The notes beneath the pieces are model-generated. The model was not told the DNA's origin. It was given only the letters and a program-made list of their open reading frames with translations, and ran no database searches. Both the position numbers and the translations under genes were made by a program. From positions 1,163-28,888 of the forward strand of contig JBBTKD010000112.1 in assembly GCA_038059105.1 (NCBI GenBank): a stretch of 27,726 nt of DNA. Direction: 5' to 3'. Below, piece by piece: positions 1-7,427 of this stretch. The stretch's first letter is position 1. The number at the start of each line of letters is the position of its first letter. The stretch comes from Actinomycetota bacterium. Lineage in GTDB: Bacteria > Actinomycetota > Acidimicrobiia > Spongiisociales > UBA11373.

Positions 1-209
1 GCGATCTGAGCGAATGAGCCCGCCATGAACATGGCGATCTCACTGAGCGGCGCGGCGACGAGATGGCCAGCCTCGTGTACGCCGAGGTCGAACCAGTCAA
101 AGAGAGGAACCGGCGAGCTCGCGACGAAGGCAGACCATCCCGAGGCGAGCGCGATCGACCCCAGCAGCGTCGTTCGGCCCCACCGTTGCCACGGGGTGAG
201 GGTTTGCAT
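1..209 (-). CDS. Membrane protein with HEAGH zinc-binding motif (peptidase M50B-like); runs off the window's left edge
   Basis: Manual translation from ATG at 209: MQTLTPWQRWGRTTLLGSIALASGWSAFVASSPVPLFDWFDLGVHEAGHLVAAPLSEIAMFMAGSFAQI..., open to the edge, with hydrophobic segments and an HExxH motif. Not in the supplied ORF track. Confidence 0.65.
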   Translation of the reverse strand, partial: MQTLTPWQRWGRTTLLGSIALASGWSAFVASSPVPLFDWFDLGVHEAGHLVAAPLSEIAMFMAGSFAQI

Positions 210-246
210 CCCACACCATCGGCAGCGGGAAGCACGAAGGAAAGAT

Positions 247-337
247 GTCAGATTCCCCGGTGCCGGATGCCGGAGAGCGGATGCCGGATGCCGGAGAGCG
301 GATGCCGGGTGCCGGATTCGGGAATCCGGTATCTGAC
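247..337. repeat. Heptamer tandem array (TGCCGGA family) bounded by a short inverted repeat GTCAGAT/ATCTGAC
   Basis: 261-337 reads as 11 in-phase 7-mers (tgccgga tgccgga gagcgga tgccgga tgccgga gagcgga tgccggg tgccgga ttcggga atccggt atctgac). It includes an exact 21-bp duplication at 261-281/282-302. gtcagat is at 247-253. Confidence 0.9.
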
Positions 338-339
338 CT

Positions 340-873
340 TTAGCGATAGGGCGTGAGCAACGCGGCGAGGACGTCCATGTCGTCGCGTACCTCCGTTTGC
401 CATGCCGCCAGACGTCGCGCCGTCGGGGCAACCACGAACATGAGCAGGATCGACGCACCCGCCCCGTAGATGACCCATACGCCGTTGCCTGCAGACCATG
501 ACAGCAACAGACCAACGGGTCCAACTGCGGCGGCGGCGAGCACGCCCCTCATCGTGACCCGGAACGCCCACACAGACAGATGACCCGCCGACCGATCATC
601 TGGCGGCTCCCGGCTAGCGAAGGCGATGACCGTCGCCGCCAACCCCACGGCGGCGAACAACATGATCTGGGCAGTGACTTCCTCGATGCGGGGCTCGCCC
701 GAACCACCGCCGAGAGTCAGGACTGCGACGGCAGTGATGACCGAAGCAACGGAGAGGAACGTGACCGCCGATCGCAGCACCAGCAGCACCGGGCCCTTCG
801 GAGGCTGCAACAGCGCAATGCGCAACGCGAGCAGAAAAGCGGGACGCCAACCGGGGTCTGTGGTTGGCGTCAT
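340..873 (-). CDS. Hypothetical membrane protein, ~4 TM helices (177 aa)
   Basis: ORF 340..978 trimmed to ATG at 873 (MTPTTDPGWRPAFLLALRI), because the upstream part only translates the repeat array. Four hydrophobic stretches. Confidence 0.7.
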   Translation of the reverse strand: MTPTTDPGWRPAFLLALRIALLQPPKGPVLLVLRSAVTFLSVASVITAVAVLTLGGGSGEPRIEEVTAQIMLFAAVGLAATVIAFASREPPDDRSAGHLSVWAFRVTMRGVLAAAAVGPVGLLLSWSAGNGVWVIYGAGASILLMFVVAPTARRLAAWQTEVRDDMDVLAALLTPYR

Positions 874-898
874 CGGGAGAGTTTGGCATGAGGACGGC

Positions 899-1033
899 AG
901 GATTCCGGGTTGCCGGACTCCGGATGCCGGAGATGCCGGATTTCGGATGCCGGACACCGGATGCCAGAGAAGAGGCAAGAGCTTCGACGTCCCTTCCCGA
1001 GTCTGGAATCCGGCATCCGAAATCCGGAATCCG
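899..1033. repeat. Heptamer array (GCCGGAT family) forming a hairpin
   Basis: Perfect 19-bp inverted repeat ccggatttcggatgccgga (936-954) / tccggcatccgaaatccgg (1009-1027), embedded in further degenerate 7-mers. Confidence 0.9.
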
Positions 1034-1045
1034 TTGTACCCAGAC

Positions 1046-1160
1046 GCGAATCACGGGCCCGGAGGCGGCCCGTGACTCGCGGCACGATCTGGGATCGATC
1101 AATCCCGGTTGCGAAGACCCTCGGACAGGTCTCGGGGTGAGCCCGAGGGCTTCGCAGCCG
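1046..1160. other. Cluster of three adjacent stem-loops (REP-like or structured RNA)
   Basis: gcgaatcacgggcc/ggcccgtgactcgc (1046-1080); gggat/atccc (1091-1106); cggttgcgaag-a-ccctcgg/ccgaggg-cttcgcagccg (1106-1160). Confidence 0.6.
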
Positions 1161-1255
1161 GAGTCGAGTGGGAGTGGATCGTGACCATGTGGCTCAGTTC
1201 CATCGACAGTGATCACCCCGAGAAAAGAGGACCATCCCAGAATGGCCCAATCGGA

Positions 1256-3811
1256 CTAGTCCCCACCAAGTCCGGTCGGAAGACGAGGGCCCGCGTCGCC
1301 CTGAAAGACCCTGCCCGCAGCGAGCCACGCCGAGAGGTCGGTGAAGCCCATTGGTTTGGCAATGAAGTAGCCCTGAGCGACGTCACACTCAGCAGCGCGC
1401 AGCAGATCCCACGTCCCCCGGTTCTCCACCCCTTCGGCGACGACCCGCATTCCGAGTGAGTGCACCAGGCCCGCGGTCGATGTCACGATCTTTGCCTGAC
1501 GCTCGTCGACGGCCATGTCCATGACGAAGGACCTATCGATCTTGACCTCATCGATCGGAAGGCCGCTCAGATAGGAGAGCGATGAGTACCCGGTGCCGAA
1601 GTCGTCGATCGAGAGGGTCACGCCGATCTCGTCGAGCGAATTGAGCACCAGTCGAGCGCGCGCCGAGTCGGTCATCATCGTCGTCTCGGTCACCTCGAGG
1701 GTGACTGCCTGAGGGTCGACGTCGCACTCGCCAATCAGGCGGGCGACCAGATCGGGGAACTCCGGGTCGCTCAGGGACGAGGCGGCGATGTTCACCGCCA
1801 CCGAAAGACGCTGGCCGTCGTTGCGCAGCCGGCCGAGGTCACGAAACGACACGCGCAGGATATGTTCCGTAAGCGGCCTGATGAGTCCAGTTCTCTCGGC
1901 GAGCCCGATGAACTCTTCAGGAGCAACGAACCCGTGACGGGGGTGGAGCCAGCGCGCCAACGCCTCGACGCCGGCGATCGAACCATCTTCGAGATACGCC
2001 TTCGGCTGGTAGTGCACCGCGAGCGTCCCGGCCTCGATGGCGTCGCGTAGCTCTCCGGCCAGCGCGAGCCGCCGGGTGCTGTAGCGATCCCGCTGCGGGT
2101 CATACACCTCGAAACTCGATCCCCCTGCCTTGGCCTCATACATGGCGACGTCGGCGCGCCGCAGCAGCGTCTCGCCGTCGGTGCCGTGATCGGGAGCAAA
2201 GGCGATCCCGATGCTGCCGTTCACCTGGATGGCGAGACCCTCGTTGATGAACGGACGTTGCAGTACCGCACCGATGCGGCGGGCCCAATCGGACACCTCG
2301 GCCACACCGCGAACGTCGCGCAGGACGATTCCGAACTCGTCACCGCCCAGACGCGCGATGTGATCATCGCCTCCCACCTCCTCGGAGAGTCGCAGTGCGA
2401 GATCCTGAAGCAGCGCGTCGCCGCGTTGATGACCCAGGGTGTCGTTCACTTCCTTGAACCGATCGAGGTCGATGAGCAGCACAGCCACACGGGTCTCGCT
2501 GTCACGAGCCTTGCGTAATGCGTCTTCGACCACGATTGTGAAGTGCAGACGGTTGGGGAGGCCAGTAAGAGCGTCGTGCAGCGCCTGATACTCCTTGCGA
2601 CTCATCTCCGTCCGGAGACGGTCGAGGAGTCGACCACGCTCGAGTGCGACCCTCGCCTGACGGGCGAGCGTGTCGAAGAGCCTGAGTTCATCGGGTCCAA
2701 ACGATGAGCCCCGCTCCGGAGCGCCGACCACCAGCAGTGCCGCGGTACCGCTGTCACCGCGCATGCAGGCGACGAGTGCGTCGGTGATCCCACGACGCCG
2801 ATAGTGCTCTGCGACGACCTCCGGTACATCGGCGAGCACGGCGACGGCGGTTGCGGGTTCGGTGAGTTCTCCGAGGGACTCGATGAGCGCAGGCGGCGCT
2901 GGGCGCCGCTGGGACGGTCCGGTACCCTCACTGGACGTCGCCGTCGAATCAACGCCGCGCGAGAGCACGACCTCCGCAAAGCGGGCGGAGAAGAGCGAGC
3001 GAGCGTGGGCAAGTGTCGCCTCGAGCAGCTGGTCGGTGTCGACTGCACCGTCGATGGCATTAGTGAACCCGTGAACCGCCTCCAGGTCTTCAAAGCGTCG
3101 ACGGAGAGACCCGTACACCCGGACGGCGCCGTGGAGCGCGACGGCAACCACCCCGAGACCGATAACCGAGATCGGTTCAATCCAGTAGATCGCAAGACCG
3201 CCGACGGCCACCGCTGCTGCCGCCAGAGAGATGATGAGGCCGGGGAGGAGTGAGCGAACGACCTCCCCCGGCTTGCGTCCCGGGACTTTCAGCAGGAGTG
3301 CCGCCGCCACGAGTCCGCCGTTGACGAGCAGCGTCGCACCGAGGGCGATGGCGCCCACCGCCAGGCCCACGATCGATACCGGCGAGTGGCCGTCGAGCAG
3401 ACCGCGATAGATCGCCAGACCTGCAGCGGAGTCGAGATAGGAGAGGGAGAGATTGAAGAAGAGCCGTTCACCACGCGACTTGTGGCGAATCGCGAGCGCG
3501 GAGCCGGAGCCGAGCAGACGGCCCACGATCAGTCCAGTGGGTGAAGCCGAGGCAAGACCGAGCAGCAGGGGAATCTCCGAGAGGGAGGCGCTGTGACCGA
3601 CACCCTTCATCTGGATACGGATCGAGAACGTCTCAGAGACGAGAAAACCAACGGCGATCACCCACCATGGCAATGACAGCGGGGGGATTGGAGCGTCCGC
3701 CCTGAGCGCAAGGGCGTGCAGTGGCACTGCCGCCACCACCATGGCGACCCCGAGCGCGATGATCCGGACCCGCACAAAGCGAGCCGGAGACGCGGCTTCT
3801 TCAGGCGTCAT
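1256..3811 (-). CDS. Membrane-bound diguanylate cyclase/phosphodiesterase (multi-TM + GAF-like + GGDEF + EAL)
   Basis: 851-aa ORF with a hydrophobic N-terminus and the motifs HDALTGLPNR, RLGGDEF, VEALARW, IDDFGTGYSS and AEGVE. Confidence 0.95.
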   Translation of the reverse strand: MTPEEAASPARFVRVRIIALGVAMVVAAVPLHALALRADAPIPPLSLPWWVIAVGFLVSETFSIRIQMKGVGHSASLSEIPLLLGLASASPTGLIVGRLLGSGSALAIRHKSRGERLFFNLSLSYLDSAAGLAIYRGLLDGHSPVSIVGLAVGAIALGATLLVNGGLVAAALLLKVPGRKPGEVVRSLLPGLIISLAAAAVAVGGLAIYWIEPISVIGLGVVAVALHGAVRVYGSLRRRFEDLEAVHGFTNAIDGAVDTDQLLEATLAHARSLFSARFAEVVLSRGVDSTATSSEGTGPSQRRPAPPALIESLGELTEPATAVAVLADVPEVVAEHYRRRGITDALVACMRGDSGTAALLVVGAPERGSSFGPDELRLFDTLARQARVALERGRLLDRLRTEMSRKEYQALHDALTGLPNRLHFTIVVEDALRKARDSETRVAVLLIDLDRFKEVNDTLGHQRGDALLQDLALRLSEEVGGDDHIARLGGDEFGIVLRDVRGVAEVSDWARRIGAVLQRPFINEGLAIQVNGSIGIAFAPDHGTDGETLLRRADVAMYEAKAGGSSFEVYDPQRDRYSTRRLALAGELRDAIEAGTLAVHYQPKAYLEDGSIAGVEALARWLHPRHGFVAPEEFIGLAERTGLIRPLTEHILRVSFRDLGRLRNDGQRLSVAVNIAASSLSDPEFPDLVARLIGECDVDPQAVTLEVTETTMMTDSARARLVLNSLDEIGVTLSIDDFGTGYSSLSYLSGLPIDEVKIDRSFVMDMAVDERQAKIVTSTAGLVHSLGMRVVAEGVENRGTWDLLRAAECDVAQGYFIAKPMGFTDLSAWLAAGRVFQGDAGPRLPTGLGGD

Positions 3812-3902
3812 TCCGTCCCTTTTCTCTCAGATGTTCCCAATAAGTGTCGGCGCTCCTGTGGCGACCTGAAGCGATCCCTCCTGCCCCGCGACACCCTCCG
3901 AT

Positions 3903-3908
3903 TAGCCT
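3903..3908 (+). promoter_or_regulatory. -10 box (TAGCCT) of a probable leaderless transcript
   Basis: TAnnnT hexamer 6 nt upstream of GTG at 3915; no Shine-Dalgarno sequence. Confidence 0.55.
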
Positions 3909-3914
3909 CCCGCC

Positions 3915-4820
3915 GTGCCACGCACCGTCCTCGTCGTTAACCCCCGGGCAGGCCGCGGCAGGGTGGGAAAGGAACTCCCCCGCCTCGTCGCCACCCTGAA
4001 GGCTGCCGGGGCAGAACCTCAGGTGATGACGACCCAACGTCCCGGCCACGCCACAGATCTCGCCCGCACGGCGTCGCGAAACGGCGCGGATACGGTGGTC
4101 GCCGTTGGGGGCGACGGAACGGTGAACGAGGTCGTCAACGGTCTGATCCTCGACGATCGCCCCATCGGGCATGCCGCCCTCGGGGTTGTCGCCGCTGGCT
4201 CAGGAGCCGACTTCGCCCGCTCGTTCGGCTACCCGCCCCATACCGGGGAGCGCCTGCACGGAATCCTCGGCGGCACCACGCCACTCGACGTCGGACGGCT
4301 TACCTGTGACACCGCAAGCGGTCAGATCACGCGCTACTTCGTCAACGTCGCCGAAGCCGGCATGGGTGCCGCGACGGTTCGCGCCGCCGAACGACTCCCC
4401 CGGCGCCTCGGGAAGAGCCGCTACCTGGTCGCCTTCTGGCCGACCCTCGCTGGCTTTCGTCCCTGCGAGGTGACCGTCGTAGCCGATGACGAGCGCTTCA
4501 CTGGGCGCACCCACAACGTGATCATCGCCAACGCCGGCTACTTCGGCGGAGGCATGCGCATCTCGCCCCACTCCGATCCCATCGACGGTGTCGTCGACCT
4601 GCAAATCAACATCGGACCGAAACGGCAGGCGGTGACTCTGATCCCGAAAATCTTCAAGGGGCGACACCTGCCAGACAAGCGCATCGTGCAGATGTCGGGA
4701 CGAACCGGCAGCGTCGACGCCGCGAGCCCCCTTCCGGTCGAGGCCGACGGCGAGATGATCGGAACGACCCCGCTGACGTTTGCGGTCCTTCCCGGTGTGC
4801 TGCGCCTCCGCACCGGCTGA
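3915..4820 (+). CDS. Diacylglycerol/lipid kinase family protein (YegS/DagK-like)
   Basis: 301 aa with the motifs VVNPRAG, VGGDGTVNE, GSGADFAR, GYFGGGM and EADGE. Confidence 0.93.
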   Translation: MPRTVLVVNPRAGRGRVGKELPRLVATLKAAGAEPQVMTTQRPGHATDLARTASRNGADTVVAVGGDGTVNEVVNGLILDDRPIGHAALGVVAAGSGADFARSFGYPPHTGERLHGILGGTTPLDVGRLTCDTASGQITRYFVNVAEAGMGAATVRAAERLPRRLGKSRYLVAFWPTLAGFRPCEVTVVADDERFTGRTHNVIIANAGYFGGGMRISPHSDPIDGVVDLQINIGPKRQAVTLIPKIFKGRHLPDKRIVQMSGRTGSVDAASPLPVEADGEMIGTTPLTFAVLPGVLRLRTG

Positions 4821-4906
4821 GAGTGCGTCGCGACAGGTGATCGACTCGGAACCTGATCCTGGGACATGCCGTGCGCTTCCACCGGCGTAGTACCTTTGCC
4901 TCCGCT

Positions 4907-4983
4907 GCGCCCGTAGCTCAATTGGATAGAGCGTCTGACTACGGATCAGGAGGTTGGGGATTCGAGTTCCTCCGGGCGCGCCA
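4907..4983 (+). tRNA. tRNA-Arg (anticodon ACG), CCA encoded
   Basis: Acceptor stem GCGCCCG/CGGGCGC, anticodon loop ct-ACG-ga, T-loop ttcgagt, 3' GCCA; upstream -10-like TACCTT at 4891-4896. Confidence 0.97.
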
Positions 4984-5087
4984 CTCGAGTCGACCATGAA
5001 CAAGAGGGTCGCTCCTCTTCGAGCCCTACCCGGGCTCGAAACCGTCACTCCACAGAGCGAGCCCTTCGGGCTCGCACCCCCATGGCT

Positions 5088-5117
5088 GGTTGGGGATTCG
5101 AGTTCCTCCGGGCGCGC
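5088..5117 (+). repeat. 30-bp exact direct repeat of the tRNA-Arg 3' end (att-like)
   Basis: ggttggggattcgagttcctccgggcgcgc occurs at both 4952-4981 and 5088-5117. Confidence 0.92.
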
Positions 5118-5206
5118 TGGGCCTTCGGCTCCTCTCACCGGAGGCTTCTACCCCACCGCAGCATTCTGCCGATGAGACGAGGTGCGAGAAGTGGGGTGCC
5201 CGACGC

Positions 5207-5236
5207 AAGAGGGCGGGCCCATGGGCCCGCCCTCTT
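5207..5236. terminator. Perfect 30-bp palindrome, probable bidirectional terminator
   Basis: aagagggcgggccca/tgggcccgccctctt lies between the convergent tRNA-Arg and nuclease gene. Confidence 0.7.
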
Positions 5237-5257
5237 ACCGACATTGTCTCCGTGTCG

Positions 5258-7210
5258 TCAGTGATCCTGCCGAACCAGCTTGATCCCGATAATGACCGGA
5301 TCATGATCCGATACCCGGTACGGCAGTGGTTCATACAGGGCGTCCTGCGCTGGCTGCTTGAACGACATGTCGTAGTCCAGGATGTCCGGCTCGTCGGCAT
5401 TGATGTGGAACGCGGTCACGCCGCGAATCTGGGAGAGCAGAGAACTGCTCGCCAGGGCCTGATCGAGGCTTCCCAGCTGACCGTCAAACAGGTAGCCGTA
5501 CGCCGTCGGGCCCTCGAACAGCTGCAACAGATCGGTGAAGTCGTCCCCGTTGCCGGTGACGCCGTCCACTCCCTCCTTGATGGTGTCAATGGGATCCTCC
5601 ATCGCATAGCTGTTGAGGTCACCCATGATCAGCACGTCTTCGTCGCCGCTGTTGTCCTGTAGCCAAACCACATAATCCAACAGCGCTTCGGCCTGAGCCA
5701 CCCTCGTCAGGTTGCACTGTGCCTGATGAACATCGAATGGATCGCCGATGCTCGCGCAGCTCGAACCCTTCGACTTGAAGTGGTTCACCACCACCGTAAA
5801 GGCTCGGCGGTTGCCGTGGTCCGACTCGTCCTCGTCAGTCGTGAACGTCTGCGCCAGTGGCGGCCTCCCCAGCGGTTCGATGCCCGAGAGACCGGGCAAG
5901 GGCCGCACCTGGTCGAATGCGATGTCGCGGAGTGCGACCGGAGCACCAACGGGCGTCACCTCCGAGGTCCGGTAGATGATCTCGTTGCGCACCGGATAGT
6001 CGTTGTAGGCGCTCGGCCCGCCGTGGGCAGCCGCCTCGCCCACCCACGCCCAGGTACCGGCACCTTCAGCTGCATTGAGCTCCTCGACCAAGGTCAGGAC
6101 CGCGTCGTGCCTCCGGCTGCCGTCGTCGTCGCGGATGTCGTTTTCGATCTCCTGGAGGCCCACGATGTCGGCATCCAGCGCAATGATGCCCGCCACCAGC
6201 TTCGCCAGCTGTCGGTCGTACTCGGCAACAGAGTCGGCGCCGCGGCAATCCGAAAGGCCGGTCGGTCCGCATACGTCGGGGCCGCCGTCGATCGTGGTGA
6301 AGAAGTTCAACACGTTGAACGACGCCACCCGAAGCTGGCCATGCATGGAGTCGGGCGAATCGGGCCGGGGGTTCGCCGCGACATGCGTTGCCCCCTGCGT
6401 GGGATGGATCCGGTATCTGCCAGAAGCCTGGGCCATCACGCCCGTGATGTCTTGCAGGATGTCTCCCCCGCGGAACGTGTTGGTGAGCGTGAACTCGAGG
6501 CCGTTCGGGTGGATCGCCGGGTCGGGATTCTGGCTCGTACGCCCGTCGTCCAGGGTGATCCGCGACAGGCCGTTGGCCGTGGCAAGGGCGAACGCGTCCG
6601 GCGATCCGGGATCGAACACCTGGCTCGGCTGGTACTGCCGGGAGGTGGTGACGACGATCTCACCGAAGCGATCGAAGTTGAAGAACTCCGAGATGTACAG
6701 GTCCTGCTCGAAGGTCACCAGCATTCCCTCGTACTTCTCCCAGTCCGACTGATTGGTCACCGGCATGTCGACCGCCGTCGGCGACGGTCCCGTCGTCGGC
6801 CCGGAGTTGACGACCAGAGTCACACTCGCGATTTCGGTCATGTTGCTGAACTCCGTGACCTTGCCGGTCACCTCGACCAGGTCCCCCACCTCCACCGGCC
6901 CGGCTGCGGGAGCGAAAACAAAGATGCCCTCGGACGTGGCGGGATTGCCATCCGCATCGGAGTCCTCTTCCTGAACGAAGAAGCCGCCCAGCTGAGGACC
7001 GGCGAAGGTGTTGCCCTGAAAGTCGCCGACGACCACGCCATGGACGATGACATCGGCGTTGAGATAGGGCGATGACGCCCCCGACCCCTGAATCTCATGG
7101 ATGAATCGCTCCACCGGCACCGCGGCGGCGGCGACCGACAACGGCAGGAGAGCCGAAATCAGTCCAACTGCTACCAGAACGGGCGCGCCTGTTCGCATAC
7201 GTCTGATCAC
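5258..7210 (-). CDS. ExeM/NucH-family secreted endonuclease (signal peptide + OB fold + EEP domain)
   Basis: 650 aa; GTG start with GAGGAGG RBS; motifs FFVQEED, WEKYEGMLV, ASFNVLNFF, GLQEIEN, NHFKSKG, GDLNSY, SDHDP. Confidence 0.9.
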   Translation of the reverse strand: MIRRMRTGAPVLVAVGLISALLPLSVAAAAVPVERFIHEIQGSGASSPYLNADVIVHGVVVGDFQGNTFAGPQLGGFFVQEEDSDADGNPATSEGIFVFAPAAGPVEVGDLVEVTGKVTEFSNMTEIASVTLVVNSGPTTGPSPTAVDMPVTNQSDWEKYEGMLVTFEQDLYISEFFNFDRFGEIVVTTSRQYQPSQVFDPGSPDAFALATANGLSRITLDDGRTSQNPDPAIHPNGLEFTLTNTFRGGDILQDITGVMAQASGRYRIHPTQGATHVAANPRPDSPDSMHGQLRVASFNVLNFFTTIDGGPDVCGPTGLSDCRGADSVAEYDRQLAKLVAGIIALDADIVGLQEIENDIRDDDGSRRHDAVLTLVEELNAAEGAGTWAWVGEAAAHGGPSAYNDYPVRNEIIYRTSEVTPVGAPVALRDIAFDQVRPLPGLSGIEPLGRPPLAQTFTTDEDESDHGNRRAFTVVVNHFKSKGSSCASIGDPFDVHQAQCNLTRVAQAEALLDYVVWLQDNSGDEDVLIMGDLNSYAMEDPIDTIKEGVDGVTGNGDDFTDLLQLFEGPTAYGYLFDGQLGSLDQALASSSLLSQIRGVTAFHINADEPDILDYDMSFKQPAQDALYEPLPYRVSDHDPVIIGIKLVRQDH

Positions 7211-7427
7211 ATTTCCTCCTCATCTCGGTCCCGGGACGCCTGGCGAAGCACCCTGCCGGGGATCGACCCGAGCAGAGCCGCAGCAGACCGGTACATCGGA
7301 CTCGCCATTAAACGAAAGAGTACCCCCTCCAGAATGCCGATGAATGGGTGCTTCGGCGCCCCACCGCTTCCCGGCAGACCGCTCCTGCTTCGCTCCTAAG
7401 GTCTCCGGCGGGCGACCAGGAGGTTCC

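Noticed and set aside
614-1216. 200-aa minus-strand ORF and other ORFs reading through the repeat arrays (RIPDSG/GCRMP-type peptides)
   Set aside because: The peptides are translations of heptamer repeats, overlap a better-supported gene, and have no RBS or protein-like composition.
1040-1255. c-di-GMP riboswitch next to the GGDEF-EAL gene
   Set aside because: The class I and II conserved motifs were not found, and the element is downstream of the gene; kept only as an unexplained structure.
5145-5200. Hammerhead-like segment (ccgatgag...gagaa)
   Set aside because: Lacks the conserved CUGANGA and GAAA core and the required stems.
5726-7075. 449-aa plus-strand ORF
   Set aside because: Antisense shadow of the nuclease gene, typical of high-GC codon bias; no motifs.
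7211-7427. Possible riboswitch in the divergent gap between the nuclease and DUF885 genes
   Set aside because: Only small hairpins (e.g. gggtgc-ttcg-gcgccc); no recognisable aptamer consensus.
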